Of a DNA stretch of 64,000 nt, positions 38,534 to 48,856 are shown piece by piece (position 1 is the stretch's first letter; each line of letters begins with the position of its first letter). The DNA is from an uncultured virus (IMG/VR IMGVR_UViG_3300014913_000010) (lineage: Duplodnaviria; Heunggongvirae; Uroviricota; Caudoviricetes), in the IMG/VR virus record IMGVR_UViG_3300014913_000010; one strand, given 5' to 3'. The notes under the pieces were generated by a model that was not told where the DNA came from, ran no database searches, and saw only the letters and a list, made by a program, of their open reading frames with translations. The position numbers and the translations under genes were made by a program.

Positions 38534-38758
38534 CTAATATTTGATTGATTCAGATAGGATATCGACAGGATTATAAGTAGAAGTAGGGGAAGGACAACTA
38601 TAATCTAACCACTCCACTAATTGGGAGTACTCATTTAAGTGGCAACCGATTATATGGTCTACTAATCGATTATAGTTGTCCTTATACCTACCATCTTTTA
38701 GTCGTCGAAATTTAGGCAGGACATATTTGCAGTACTTACATTGATAGACGAATGCCAC
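38534..38758 (-). CDS. Small C2H2-like Zn-finger protein
   Basis: CKYC...HIIGCH; GGAGG RBS, GTG start. Confidence 0.55.
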   Translation of the reverse strand: MAFVYQCKYCKYVLPKFRRLKDGRYKDNYNRLVDHIIGCHLNEYSQLVEWLDYSCPSPTSTYNPVDILSESIKY

Positions 38759-38761
38759 CTA

Positions 38762-39424
38762 CTAATCCTCTTCCCACTCATCTTCTTCTTCATCGTTGTC
38801 GTCAAATTCATCTGGAATTTCTTCCTCGCCTATATGGTTTAGATTACTTCCCTTTTCTATATCACTTGCTTTCCATCCATCGTTTACTAATTCTATACAT
38901 CGGGAGCAGTAGTCGTCAGTGATATCAAATCTTTCCGAATGGAGTGAGCAGTACCACATATCAGGATCGTGAGCATTACCATCATGCCGCCAGAAGTTCT
39001 CCCGGTAGTCATCCCACGGATCTACTTCCTCATTTATTTTGTATTCATACTTATCAATACGATCAAAATGATCTACTACCTCCGCTAAGGTATGGAATAC
39101 CGGGATACCCAACTCCTCACACCTTTTAAGTTCAGCCATTACTCCGGTAGATGTTTTCTCCCCTGATATCACGAGGGCGCACTCAGAAACATCGAGCCAT
39201 GCTAAAGTATTTTCGTAGTAGTCATTAATACCTAATTCTACTCCATCACGCCGCATCAACGTAAAATGGTAATCAAACCACGGCACAAACGGCGCAAACC
39301 CTGCGGCTAGTACTTCTACGCCTATTTGCATCCCTGACCGCATATTTTCCAGTACACCTAAAACGTTATCGGATGAATAACAACCGAGTATTGCAACCCG
39401 GTGACGTTTACTTACTACTGCCAT
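38762..39424 (-). CDS. DUF4406/nucleoside deoxyribosyltransferase-like fold protein with acidic tail
   Basis: PFVP, LAWLDVSEC, STGVMAE...A/C..LGIPVF pattern. Confidence 0.5.
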   Translation of the reverse strand: MAVVSKRHRVAILGCYSSDNVLGVLENMRSGMQIGVEVLAAGFAPFVPWFDYHFTLMRRDGVELGINDYYENTLAWLDVSECALVISGEKTSTGVMAELKRCEELGIPVFHTLAEVVDHFDRIDKYEYKINEEVDPWDDYRENFWRHDGNAHDPDMWYCSLHSERFDITDDYCSRCIELVNDGWKASDIEKGSNLNHIGEEEIPDEFDDNDEEEDEWEED

Positions 39425-39637
39425 TAGTAGTCTCCTTTCTTAATAGTTTAATAAGTCCTATTTCCGTTCATTTCCTCAATACATGAGTCCGCTTTATTAT
39501 TAAGCATTACTTATCTCCTTTATCAGAAAGAAAATGGCCTACCAGTAAGCCAAAGAATATACTTACTGATAGACCTATCAATAATACCAATACCACATTG
39601 ATAATCCAATGAACTATATTTGATAGAAAGTCAATCA

Positions 39638-40979
39638 TTACTTTACTTTCTTTTTAATGCAACGGTGAACCCGGATATTATCGGGAGTGGTTCCGTCCTT
39701 TTTCTCATATGCTACACCACTTACTACTATATTTGAAAGACCTTTCTTGAATCCATCGAAAGCAGTCTTTGCGGCGGCAGGAGAAGTCCACTGTCGGTCA
39801 CTCCGCACTACTACTTGCTTGTTGACTAAGAACTTCCAACGCCACAGACCACTTTTAGCAACCTGATAGATTACCAGAAACCGGCGACCATCAAACTTCA
39901 TGTTGCCTATACTATCTTTCTGTACTTCATCCCCTTCCTTCAATACGGGTTTCCTCACTACTGCTTTTCCTCGTTTCATAACTATCTCCCTTATTTATTG
40001 TTTACCACTCATATGTACTCCCCCATCGGAAGTACTCCAAAAATCTGCACTGGCATAAGCCACTCGAGTATTAAGCAATGAGCACTTGGTTTCCATAAGT
40101 TCGCATAGTTGCTCAATATCATGACTACTTAACTTTTTCATATTATGGAACCGTTGAATAGTTTTATCGATGCACGCTAAGTCCTTATCAATACCAGCAA
40201 GTAAATCATGGATAGTATCATTACCCATTACTACCTCCTATATAACTATCTTAATATTAGTAGTCGCCTTGACTATATCAACAATACCACCGGAATGGTG
40301 AGACAACAAACTGACTTCTACTTTCTCCATTATGAATCCATGCTCCAATAGATCCTCAGCAAGCATATCAAGCATTTCATCAATACTACCTTCAATGCCT
40401 TTAACTATCTCCTTTGCCTTAGTTGCATTCATCTACTAATCTCCTTTAATAGTAATGCGATTACCTTTCTTATATATGACAACAGGACGATTAAGCAATA
40501 CATCATCCACTAAGTAGTTATACACCTTTACAGTACCATCGGCAAAGTACAACTCCGTATGCTTATGCCGCACCGGAGCACTTGCTAAACTCCCAGCCGC
40601 AACCCGAACAACATACTTTACATCTACTATAGTACCGGTCATTACTATCTTTGGTGTAGGCGGTATATAATTCAACCGCTCCCTAAAAGCCATGAGACCA
40701 ACTAATATAATTAATACGAACACACCAATACTCATCCAGTGGTGAAACTCAAGACGACGACGACTACTCATTCTTATCTCCTTTACTATAATTAGTAAAC
40801 GCAATCGGTGCAACTGCTTTACAATCACAACATACTAATTCTAATATCTCAGTAAAGTCAGGAGCATCTACTTTCATCTGCCACTTATCACAACCGCACG
40901 GACACCGTAACCAATACGACCAGTTCAATGAAGTAACATTACTACTCCTCATCTCATCTCCCATACTACTCCTCATCAA
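39638..40979 (-). CDS. Cluster of small hypothetical proteins (39638-39979, 39995-40228, 40238-40432, 40436-~40771, 40764-~40964)
   Basis: ORF track; each with a GGAG(G)TAGT-type RBS. Confidence 0.6.
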
Positions 40980-41065
40980 ATAAAATAAAGGGTAAACATA
41001 ATATTCAACCGGTACTCATCAATACGACTGGAAACCCTTACTATTTAAGGATTTATCATGAATGT

Positions 41066-41100
41066 ATTATATCACACTTTACCGTCATATCGAGAATTAA
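41066..41100 (-). promoter_or_regulatory. Phage promoter class (copy 4, variant)
   Basis: CGATATGACggtaaAGTGTGATATAAT at the divergence point. Confidence 0.6.
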
Positions 41101-41138
41101 TTATTTTTATTTAGTTTTTTAAAAAAGACTGGTAAGAT

Positions 41139-41906
41139 ATGTGCATGAGACGATTAAAAAGAAGGAAATTAAATAGGATTAAAAATAAAGTACAGATCAA
41201 CAGCAAACCCACTCGGAGTGAGCGAAGACAAGGGAAGTACTTCGGTCGTTCTGATGAGGGTAGTAGTGGTGATACTTTCAAAAAGAAGAAACTAACACGA
41301 TTACAACAGCGTATGATTGATGAGTATATGAAGGACTTTAATGGCTTTAGGGCATACAAAGCTGCTGGAGGAAAAGGTGAGGGAGCAACGGGCCGTGCTT
41401 GCACCGCGCAGATCCTATGTTACTCCCATGTCCAGAAGGAGATACGGCAACGCCAGACCATACTAAGAGAGCAGTCGGGTGTTGAAACGCTCGATGTAGT
41501 AAGAGAGTTAATGAGGATTGCCTTTGCCGATATGAAGGACTACGCCCAGTGGTCTTCCGGCACGGTAGTACTAAAAGATTCTGAAGAACTCGACCCAAGC
41601 CTATCATGCGCTGTAAGTGAAGTAGTCGAAACCCCCGGTAAACTTGGTAGTACTATTAAGATCAAACTCCATCCTAAAATCCAAGCACTCAAGATGCTTG
41701 GTGAGCACCTTAACTTATTTGGAAAAGTAGAGCCTGATAATGAAACAATAGAAGAGAAGGCCCAGAAGATCCGAGCGGCAGTCAACGGTATCTTTACTTC
41801 TGTTCCTATTACGGATGAAGGTAGTAATGAAACAACTTCAACAGTGATTCCATTAAAAGGAAAAAAAGGAGGAAGTAAAGATGGGAAAAATGAAAAAAAG
41901 AAGTAG
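41139..41906 (+). CDS. Terminase small subunit
   Basis: LT..Q..MIDEYMKDFN..RAY..AG, VVRELMRIAF, KIKLHPKIQALKMLGEHL. Confidence 0.85.
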   Translation: MCMRRLKRRKLNRIKNKVQINSKPTRSERRQGKYFGRSDEGSSGDTFKKKKLTRLQQRMIDEYMKDFNGFRAYKAAGGKGEGATGRACTAQILCYSHVQKEIRQRQTILREQSGVETLDVVRELMRIAFADMKDYAQWSSGTVVLKDSEELDPSLSCAVSEVVETPGKLGSTIKIKLHPKIQALKMLGEHLNLFGKVEPDNETIEEKAQKIRAAVNGIFTSVPITDEGSNETTSTVIPLKGKKGGSKDGKNEKKK

Positions 41907-42198
41907 TGGAAGAAAGCAGTCTATTACTCCAAAACAAAAGTCAGCCCGTAGGAAAAATATGGCAATAGCAAGAGCCGCAAGAAGTAATTACTCAAAGGCC
42001 CATGATGTAATAAGGGGAGTGGGTAGGAAAGCAACTACTTTAGGTGGCAAGAACTTCCTCGAAGCAAGTAAAGCCGGTTCGTCAAGGTATGGAGGGAAGA
42101 AGTTCTATACTATGGGGCACACCCGGAGAATCACGTCAGGGTTGAAAAAGGCTGGAGTTGCATTTAAGAGAAAAGGAACATTAATTCACGTCTTATAA
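41881..42198 (+). CDS. Small basic protein, paralog 1 (ITPKQKSARRKNMAIAR)
   Basis: AGGAGG RBS; shared motif. Confidence 0.7.
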   Translation: MGKMKKRSSGRKQSITPKQKSARRKNMAIARAARSNYSKAHDVIRGVGRKATTLGGKNFLEASKAGSSRYGGKKFYTMGHTRRITSGLKKAGVAFKRKGTLIHVL

Positions 42199-42210
42199 AA
42201 AGAGGCAGTC

Positions 42211-42660
42211 ATGGCAAATAAACCAAGTAAACCAAAAGGAGGAAAAGCTCCCATTACTTCTAAGCAACGTACTGCCCGGCATAAAAATATTATCATTGCT
42301 CGAGCAGTAAAGCATAGGGGAGCAAAGAAATCGAGTAAGGTAGTAAGTAAGTCTACTTATGATAAACGAGTAAGAAAGATGACTAAAGGGAATCAGTCGC
42401 CCGGCGCTAGTAGTAAAAGTAAAGCCGGTGGTGCAGCAAAGTCAGCCTATAAAAAGACTTACAAAGAAGTTCGTAAGCATGGAGGTAGTAAAGAAAATGC
42501 TCGAACTATGGCCCTGCAGTCGGCCCATAAAAAGGGTGCTCGGTGGACTTATAAGAAGGCACGTACTTTAGCAGTAGGCATAGGTCGTAAGTACGGATGG
42601 TCGAAAAGTGGAGTAGATCAGTTTGCTCGAGGGTTTACTAAAGCACTCAGAAGGAGTTAG
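42211..42660 (+). CDS. Small basic protein, paralog 2 (ITSKQRTARHKNIIIAR)
   Basis: GAGG RBS; shared motif. Confidence 0.7.
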   Translation: MANKPSKPKGGKAPITSKQRTARHKNIIIARAVKHRGAKKSSKVVSKSTYDKRVRKMTKGNQSPGASSKSKAGGAAKSAYKKTYKEVRKHGGSKENARTMALQSAHKKGARWTYKKARTLAVGIGRKYGWSKSGVDQFARGFTKALRRS

Positions 42661-42662
42661 TC

Positions 42663-42974
42663 ACGCCTAAGAAAGTAAGGATCACTGCAAAACAGAAAAG
42701 TGCTCGTAGAAAGAATATCGCCGTTGCCCGTAAGTCAAAGAAGAAGGGAAGTGGTGGAGCGACGAAAGCACAGAAGGCTAAGGCCAAACGGATGAACATT
42801 GATAAGGCCGCATCGATCCTGAAGAGTAAAGGAGCTACACTTGGCAGGGGTAGTACTAAACTGAATAAGAAGACCGGGCAATTTGAAACGAAGTATAAGG
42901 TCACTACTAAGTCCGGTAAGTCGGGTATGGTCACAGCAAAGCAGTTGCAGACCAAACTCGCTAAGTACTTATAA
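42663..42974 (+). CDS. Small basic protein, paralog 3 (ITAKQKSARRKNIAVAR), apparent ACG start
   Basis: AAGGAG-N6-ACG in frame with the 42792-42974 ORF; contains the family motif. Confidence 0.6.
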   Translation, partial: TPKKVRITAKQKSARRKNIAVARKSKKKGSGGATKAQKAKAKRMNIDKAASILKSKGATLGRGSTKLNKKTGQFETKYKVTTKSGKSGMVTAKQLQTKLAKYL

Positions 42975-42985
42975 GGAGTAGTCTA

Positions 42986-44341
42986 TTGGGAGAAGTAGTG
43001 CAATTTAATCGTATGTACCCAATGAGGTATCATGCTGAGCAGGCGAGGTTATGGGCTTCGTCTGCTCGTTATAATGTGGTGCCTGCCGGTCGCCGTAGTG
43101 GTAAGACGGAGATCTGCGGAAAAAGAAAAGTAGTCATGAAAGCCTTACTGGGTACGGACTTCCCCGACCCTCGTTTCTTTTGTGGTGCGCCTACCCGTGA
43201 TCAAGCAAAGCGAATCTATTGGAAGGACTTAAAACTAATGACTCCTAATGAGTTCATTACTAACATTTCTGAAACTATGCTTTGCATTACTTTAGTAAAC
43301 AATGCGGAGATCCATGTACTTGGTATGGATAAACCGGAACGTATCGAGGGTAGTCCTTGGGATGGAGGAGTACTCGATGAATATGGGAATATGAAAAGCG
43401 AAGCCTGGGGAGAGCATGTTAGGCCTGCACTTTCGGATAGGCTGGGATGGTGTGACTTCATTGGTGTTCCCGAGGGTAGGAATCACTACTACGACTTATA
43501 TAAGGATGCTCAGGAAAAGTGTGCCTATGATATTCGAAAAGGACGACTACCTGAGTGGAATCACTTCCATTGGTATTCATCTGATATACTACCCGCTTCT
43601 GAGATTGAGGCTGCAAGGCGTGACTTAGATGAGTTGACTTTTGCTCAGGAATACGAGGCCTCCTTTGTTTCCTTCTCTGGTCGTGCCTACTACCCCTTCC
43701 TTGATACCCTTCATACTAACCGCCTTCAATACGACCCTGCCGGGGATCTTGAGATATGCCTTGACTTCAACGTATCGCCCGGTGTAGCAGTGATAGTACA
43801 AGAGCAGTGGTTGCCTACTTCTAGTGAAGAGGAAACATTTGGAGATGGAATAATAGGGGAAGTATACATACCTCAGAACTCCAATACTGTTGCGGTCTGT
43901 GATAAGTTAATTCAGGACTGGGGCAACCATGAAGGCAACATATACTTCTTTGGTGATTATACAGGTGGTAGTAGAGGGACTGCTAAAATTATGGGTAGTG
44001 ACTGGCAGATAGTAAAGGATAAAATGCATGGGCATTTCGAGTCAGGGCAGTGTGTATTTAAGGTCAGGCCGAATCCTCGAGAAAGAGATAGAATCAACTC
44101 TGTTAATTCTCGACTACTATCGATAGAAGGAGATATTCGAATGATGCTTGATCCATCTAAAGCGAAGTACACCATTAAAGACTTGGAGGGTGTGACTTTG
44201 CTGGAGGGTGGTAGTGGTGAACTTGATAAAAACAAGAATAAGGACTTGACTCATTTAAGTGATGCACTCGGTTATCGAATATGGGAAAAGTACCCTGTAA
44301 AGCGTCGGTACGTGCCGAGTGGTCAACGGTATCACAAGTGA
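42986..44341 (+). CDS. Terminase large subunit
   Basis: AGRRSGKT, GAPTRDQAK, GVLDEY, GVPEG, FAQEYEASF, DFNV, HLSDALGY. Confidence 0.95.
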   Translation: MGEVVQFNRMYPMRYHAEQARLWASSARYNVVPAGRRSGKTEICGKRKVVMKALLGTDFPDPRFFCGAPTRDQAKRIYWKDLKLMTPNEFITNISETMLCITLVNNAEIHVLGMDKPERIEGSPWDGGVLDEYGNMKSEAWGEHVRPALSDRLGWCDFIGVPEGRNHYYDLYKDAQEKCAYDIRKGRLPEWNHFHWYSSDILPASEIEAARRDLDELTFAQEYEASFVSFSGRAYYPFLDTLHTNRLQYDPAGDLEICLDFNVSPGVAVIVQEQWLPTSSEEETFGDGIIGEVYIPQNSNTVAVCDKLIQDWGNHEGNIYFFGDYTGGSRGTAKIMGSDWQIVKDKMHGHFESGQCVFKVRPNPRERDRINSVNSRLLSIEGDIRMMLDPSKAKYTIKDLEGVTLLEGGSGELDKNKNKDLTHLSDALGYRIWEKYPVKRRYVPSGQRYHK

Positions 44342-44414
44342 TTACATTAATCTGGTTATGTGTAGTTGTTTATTTACTAATAGTACTGGTAGCACCTAAA
44401 GATAGGAGGAAGTA

Positions 44415-44600
44415 ATGAGCAAAAAGAGAAAAATAAAAGTCACAGCAAAGCAAAAGTCTGCCCGGTCAAAGAATATGGCTATTGCTCGTAAGAGTAGATG
44501 GCGCGGAAAGGATGGAACAGAGCCCGGTGGCAAAAGGAAAAAAGTAAAAGGCGGTGGATGGACTAATAGTAAAACAGGAAGTCGTATTTACGGGAGGTAG
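44415..44600 (+). CDS. Small basic protein, paralog 4 (VTAKQKSARSKNMAIAR)
   Basis: GGAGG RBS; shared motif. Confidence 0.7.
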   Translation: MSKKRKIKVTAKQKSARSKNMAIARKSRWRGKDGTEPGGKRKKVKGGGWTNSKTGSRIYGR

Positions 44601-44602
44601 TA

Positions 44603-44956
44603 TTGAAGTACTACCTATATATCATTATAATTATAGTCGTGTTTTCTCCTTTGGTATGTAGAGGAGCAAACGTGACTTTTGAAATAGCGCCTATTCAAAG
44701 TGGGGAATCATGGCAAGTGTTGAAGTACTTAGCTTTTATGGCTCCCCCCGGTGTGGATATTACTATAGATAAGGATTTTGCAGTAGCGGAAGTTCCCTCG
44801 GATGAGACGGTCTTTTTAGTAAAGGACGTTCCCGTGGGAGACTGGTGCTTTGGAGTAGTAGGTCTTTATTCAGATGGTAAGTACTCCCCGTTGTCTAATA
44901 TTGAGTGCCTTGACATTCAAGACTTTTTTTCAGAACATAAGTTAAACTTTATTTAA
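44603..44956 (+). CDS. Secreted FN3-like protein
   Basis: Signal-like N-terminus; WCFGVVGL...YSPLSN. Confidence 0.5.
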   Translation: MKYYLYIIIIIVVFSPLVCRGANVTFEIAPIQSGESWQVLKYLAFMAPPGVDITIDKDFAVAEVPSDETVFLVKDVPVGDWCFGVVGLYSDGKYSPLSNIECLDIQDFFSEHKLNFI

Positions 44957-44966
44957 TGAGTAAACA

Positions 44967-45248
44967 ATGGCTGAAGTATTTCGACTCAACGAGGGTTCCG
45001 GTGGTGCTGAAGTCCTACGGAAACTTGCTGACAGGTTGGAAGAAGGTAAAATCGAATCTTTAGTAGTAGCAAATGAACCATTTAGTCTCGAGAAAAGATT
45101 AGTAGAAGATTCTTTAGGAACTATTCACCGCTACTGGTTTCTAAAAGGATCACTTGGCTGTCTTGATGTTTTGGGATTACTGGACTACTCTAAGGAGATT
45201 ATTAGAAAAATGATGTTTGATGATATCGATTTAATAAGAGGAGAATAA
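44967..45248 (+). CDS. Hypothetical protein
   Basis: ORF track. Confidence 0.55.
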   Translation: MAEVFRLNEGSGGAEVLRKLADRLEEGKIESLVVANEPFSLEKRLVEDSLGTIHRYWFLKGSLGCLDVLGLLDYSKEIIRKMMFDDIDLIRGE

Positions 45249-45249
45249 C

Positions 45250-46875
45250 ATGGCAACGTCAACTGCGACTAAGGTAGTAAACATCAGGAAGCCTGCAGAG
45301 GAGACAAATTTAAAGTCTACTAATCCGCTTTTCGATAAGTACTTTGAGGAGTGGCGTTTTCTCAATGCGGCTTATGAAGGGGTTCGCGCCTTAATTGCTT
45401 ATGGCACATTGTACCGGCATGAACGGGAATCTAAAAAGAACTACAAGCGACGTATGGCTACAGCCTACGGGTTTAGCTATAGTAAGTCGGTAGTAGACAT
45501 TTTTAATTCATACTTATTTCGAAAAGAATTTCCAAAAGAGATTGCTGAATCACTTACGAAAGATGAGCAGTGGAAGGCATTCCAAAAAGATTGCAATTTG
45601 GAAGGAGACGAGTTCGATGATTTCTTTGTGGATGAGCAACGCCATGCCTCCATCCTCGGTCATGTAGGACTATTAGTAGATAAGCCTAATACAGAAACAT
45701 TGAATCGTGCTGAAGAAAAGGACTCAGAAATTTATCCCTATGTAGTAGCATATAAACCAATGGCTATCTTAGATTGGGAGTATGAACGGGATAAGACCGG
45801 GCGGCGTATACTAACTTATTTAAAAGTACTCGACGATGATGAACGCTATCGGGTATGGACTCGGGAGAAGTGGCAGATATGGGAGATAGTCACTGCCCAG
45901 TCATCCCAGAAAAACGCTGCTGGAGTAAATCCGGTTGAGGAAGTAGGTAATCAAAAGGGTAAGGCTGAAATTACCGGGAAGGGAACTGCTGGAGTACTAA
46001 TTGAGGAAGGCGACAATGAACTTGGGGAGATTCCGTGGGTGTGGTTATACAATCAAAGAAGTAATATCGATAAGGAAGTAGGCGTCAGTGATATAGTAGA
46101 TGTTGCTCGGATCGATGCAAGTATAATTCGCAACCTTTCTCAGATTGAAGAAATCGTTGACTACGCCGCCTTTCCCATGATGAGGAAACCGATGAAAGAA
46201 GCGGGTAGTCCTACCGGTGCTGATGAGTCTGGACCTACTGCTATTCTTGAGTTTGATCCTGATAAACCGGAAAGTAAACCTGACTGGTTAGCGGCAGAAG
46301 TAGACGGCCCGGTGAAAGCAATTATTGATGTCATTAAAGAGAAAGTAGGCGAGATATACCGGTCATCCAATATCGGCGGTATGAGTGCAACCGAGATAAG
46401 TAAACAGGCGAAGTCAGGGGTAGCACTTAAAACTGAATTTCAACTACTTAACTCCAAGTTAGTAAAGAAGGGCAAAAACGTAGTAAAGGCCAAAAAGAAA
46501 GTAGTTGAGTACTGGCTCAAGTGGCAGGATGAGTGGGATAAGTATAAGGATGAAATAAAGTACGATCATATACAATCCTTTGAAGTACAAGATATGGTGA
46601 GCGATCTTGAGAATATCCTTACTAGTACCGTACTTGTCACGGGTAGTGGTAGTTATAAAACGGAGATCCAGAAGTTAGTAGTTCGTATGGTACTTCCGAT
46701 GATCGACGACGAAACCCTCGCCAACATTGATAAGGAAATTGAAGACGGCGTGTTTGAAGGCATTGGAGAGTTTTTCGGCAACGAAGCCCTAGGTATGGAG
46801 GGGGAAGGTAATCCACCTAACGGCTTTGTACCCGGCGACGAAGGAGCAGTAAACCAAAACGATACAGAGGAGTAA
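45250..46875 (+). CDS. Portal protein
   Basis: 541 aa after TerL; YKRR, NELGEIPWV, SGVALK; acidic tail. Confidence 0.85.
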   Translation: MATSTATKVVNIRKPAEETNLKSTNPLFDKYFEEWRFLNAAYEGVRALIAYGTLYRHERESKKNYKRRMATAYGFSYSKSVVDIFNSYLFRKEFPKEIAESLTKDEQWKAFQKDCNLEGDEFDDFFVDEQRHASILGHVGLLVDKPNTETLNRAEEKDSEIYPYVVAYKPMAILDWEYERDKTGRRILTYLKVLDDDERYRVWTREKWQIWEIVTAQSSQKNAAGVNPVEEVGNQKGKAEITGKGTAGVLIEEGDNELGEIPWVWLYNQRSNIDKEVGVSDIVDVARIDASIIRNLSQIEEIVDYAAFPMMRKPMKEAGSPTGADESGPTAILEFDPDKPESKPDWLAAEVDGPVKAIIDVIKEKVGEIYRSSNIGGMSATEISKQAKSGVALKTEFQLLNSKLVKKGKNVVKAKKKVVEYWLKWQDEWDKYKDEIKYDHIQSFEVQDMVSDLENILTSTVLVTGSGSYKTEIQKLVVRMVLPMIDDETLANIDKEIEDGVFEGIGEFFGNEALGMEGEGNPPNGFVPGDEGAVNQNDTEE

Positions 46876-46881
46876 GTACTT

Positions 46882-47028
46882 ATGGGAAAGAAAAGACCAC
46901 GACCTATAAAAGTAACAAAGCGCAGATACAAGGCCCACGGGAGTCGCCGCAGGGTAAGGGAAGGCGACCCATCCTACGGGACTACTACTTCAACTACAAC
47001 TACCACAACAACCACTACTACTATATAA
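46882..47028 (+). CDS. 48-aa basic protein with C-terminal poly-Thr tail
   Basis: GAGGAG RBS; MGKKRPRPIKVTKRRY...SYGTTTSTTTTTTTTTTI. Confidence 0.65.
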   Translation: MGKKRPRPIKVTKRRYKAHGSRRRVREGDPSYGTTTSTTTTTTTTTTI

Positions 47029-47037
47029 GGAGGGGTT

Positions 47038-47331
47038 ATGACTTGGACTTTCGATAAAGAAAACTTTCGAGTTGTATTCCGGGCGGTACTTGCGTCTGTT
47101 TCACTTCTGTTTGTTTTCTACTACGTTTACAAAATTACCTTTGTACCTGAAGGATTGGAAGTGTCGAAGTATGGAGATTTTATTCTTGGCTTCCTGCTTG
47201 GCACCTTGCTTAATACGGCATTCAACTACTATTTCAGTGGAACCGAGGATAAGGAGAAAGAACTACCTTCAGATGATTCACTACCCGCTATTCCAGTGAT
47301 TGAGGAGATTGATGAAATTAACACCCCTTAG
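47038..47331 (+). CDS. Two-TM membrane protein (holin-like)
   Basis: Two hydrophobic helices; AAGGAGG RBS. Confidence 0.55.
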   Translation: MTWTFDKENFRVVFRAVLASVSLLFVFYYVYKITFVPEGLEVSKYGDFILGFLLGTLLNTAFNYYFSGTEDKEKELPSDDSLPAIPVIEEIDEINTP

Positions 47332-47923
47332 TAAACAGTTCATAAGGAATAGTCCTAATACATATATGAATCGATTAATTGATAATCCTAACTGCTCCTT
47401 TTTAGGTAGTAAAGCAGATCAACCGTTTACTGCCTTTTATGTATGGGAGAAATTCTTTATTAGATATGGAGAGAAGTTAAAACGGTTTATCGAGTTCGGT
47501 TGTGATCAGGGTAGTGCTTCCTGTTACTTCCTTTTGCAGTGTATTCAGAATGAAGTTGAATATATTGGATATGATAAAAGGAAGAAAATAACTTATCATA
47601 ATACTCATATTAAACGACTACTACGACTGCGGCGGCATATACGCCTCGGTGATGGTTACAAGAAGGCCGATGAGATAAAGGAGTTAGTACAGGAAAAAGG
47701 TATGAGCATTATTTTTACTGATTGCATAGATAAGCCTTGGGAGTTTACTACTTTTGCTCCAATGCTTAAAAGGGGTGATGTACTTGCTATGCATGATTGG
47801 GATCGGGCGATAAAGGATGAGTGGGTAGTAGATGAAATGGAAGCACTCGAACCATATACCCTTCTCTTTGAATGTGAACGTGTTGGGCTTAATACACTAA
47901 CAAGGTTTTTTATGAAGGAGTAG
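47312..47923 (+). CDS. Class I SAM-dependent methyltransferase (CmcI/sugar O-methyltransferase-like)
   Basis: FIEFGCDQGS, YIGYD, IIFTD, PMLKRGDVLAMHD. Confidence 0.7.
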   Translation: MKLTPLSKQFIRNSPNTYMNRLIDNPNCSFLGSKADQPFTAFYVWEKFFIRYGEKLKRFIEFGCDQGSASCYFLLQCIQNEVEYIGYDKRKKITYHNTHIKRLLRLRRHIRLGDGYKKADEIKELVQEKGMSIIFTDCIDKPWEFTTFAPMLKRGDVLAMHDWDRAIKDEWVVDEMEALEPYTLLFECERVGLNTLTRFFMKE

Positions 47924-47925
47924 TC

Positions 47926-48039
47926 ATGGCTGCAAAAAAGAAGTGTCCAGGCGGTAAGATTAAATCAAAAGGTAAAGGGCGAGGACTTGGAACTGGCAAG
48001 GGCAAAGGCCCAATAAACAAAAGGAAGAAAAAGAAGTAA
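47926..48039 (+). CDS. 37-aa Lys/Gly-rich peptide (MAAKKKCPGGKIKSKGKGRG...)
   Basis: AAGGAG RBS; fills the intergenic gap exactly. Confidence 0.6.
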   Translation: MAAKKKCPGGKIKSKGKGRGLGTGKGKGPINKRKKKK

Positions 48040-48051
48040 GGAGTAGTAGTT

Positions 48052-48420
48052 ATGAAAAAAATATTAGCTATACTCGGTGGAGCCCTTACTATACTTGCCT
48101 TTGCAGGAGCAGTTTGGGCTGTTTCCTCTTTTTGGCATAATTATAAATCTGAAGAAGAGATCCATGAGTTTGCTCAGTCGGCTGAAATAGAAGAAGTATA
48201 TGATACCGCTATACTAGCCATGCAAAAAAGTAGTCTCGCTATCGCTCAGCAACGTGCCGCATGGTTGGAGGAGCAGTTAGTATACTATGAAAGACAACAC
48301 GGTTGTAAGGACTCGGGGCAGACTGCTAATTGTAACGGTCGGATATGGAAGACCTATAATAAGTACTTACTTGAATATAATGATCTGCAAAAGGAAATAA
48401 GAAAGGCGGTGAATAATTGA
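48052..48420 (+). CDS. Membrane-anchored helical protein
   Basis: N-terminal TM helix and coiled coil. Confidence 0.6.
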   Translation: MKKILAILGGALTILAFAGAVWAVSSFWHNYKSEEEIHEFAQSAEIEEVYDTAILAMQKSSLAIAQQRAAWLEEQLVYYERQHGCKDSGQTANCNGRIWKTYNKYLLEYNDLQKEIRKAVNN

Positions 48421-48845
48421 TTATCCGAATATTATTAACGGTTATAATAGCACTCTTATCATGTCACACTGTTTTTGCTCAGGAAGATGTGTGTGACGGG
48501 GTGACTACTTATACTGCTCTACCGGGTGATCAGTATGAACTATGTTGGGAACGTAACCAACCTAATGATGTAGTAGATCATTATAAGGTGTTTAGTAATC
48601 CTATACCAGATACCCCTCACGGGGAGTTTGGAGAAGAAATGTTTACTATCTTGGATTCTGATTGCATGGAAGTAAACTGTTTCTCTGGGATGCAAGTTGT
48701 ACCTAATGAGTCTGGCATTCATTACCTTACTGTACGGGCCTTTGACGCCTATGATCATTATAGTGATGCTTCCAATGACGTGATACTAACCATAACAATG
48801 CTAGTACTGCCTGCTCACAGTTTAACTGTAGAGGTAGTATACTAA
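48417..48845 (+). CDS. Secreted FN3-like protein
   Basis: Signal peptide (VFA cleavage); L.W..N, HYKVF, HYLTVRAFD...YSDASN. Confidence 0.55.
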   Translation: MIIRILLTVIIALLSCHTVFAQEDVCDGVTTYTALPGDQYELCWERNQPNDVVDHYKVFSNPIPDTPHGEFGEEMFTILDSDCMEVNCFSGMQVVPNESGIHYLTVRAFDAYDHYSDASNDVILTITMLVLPAHSLTVEVVY

Positions 48846-48856
48846 AGGAGGAAACA

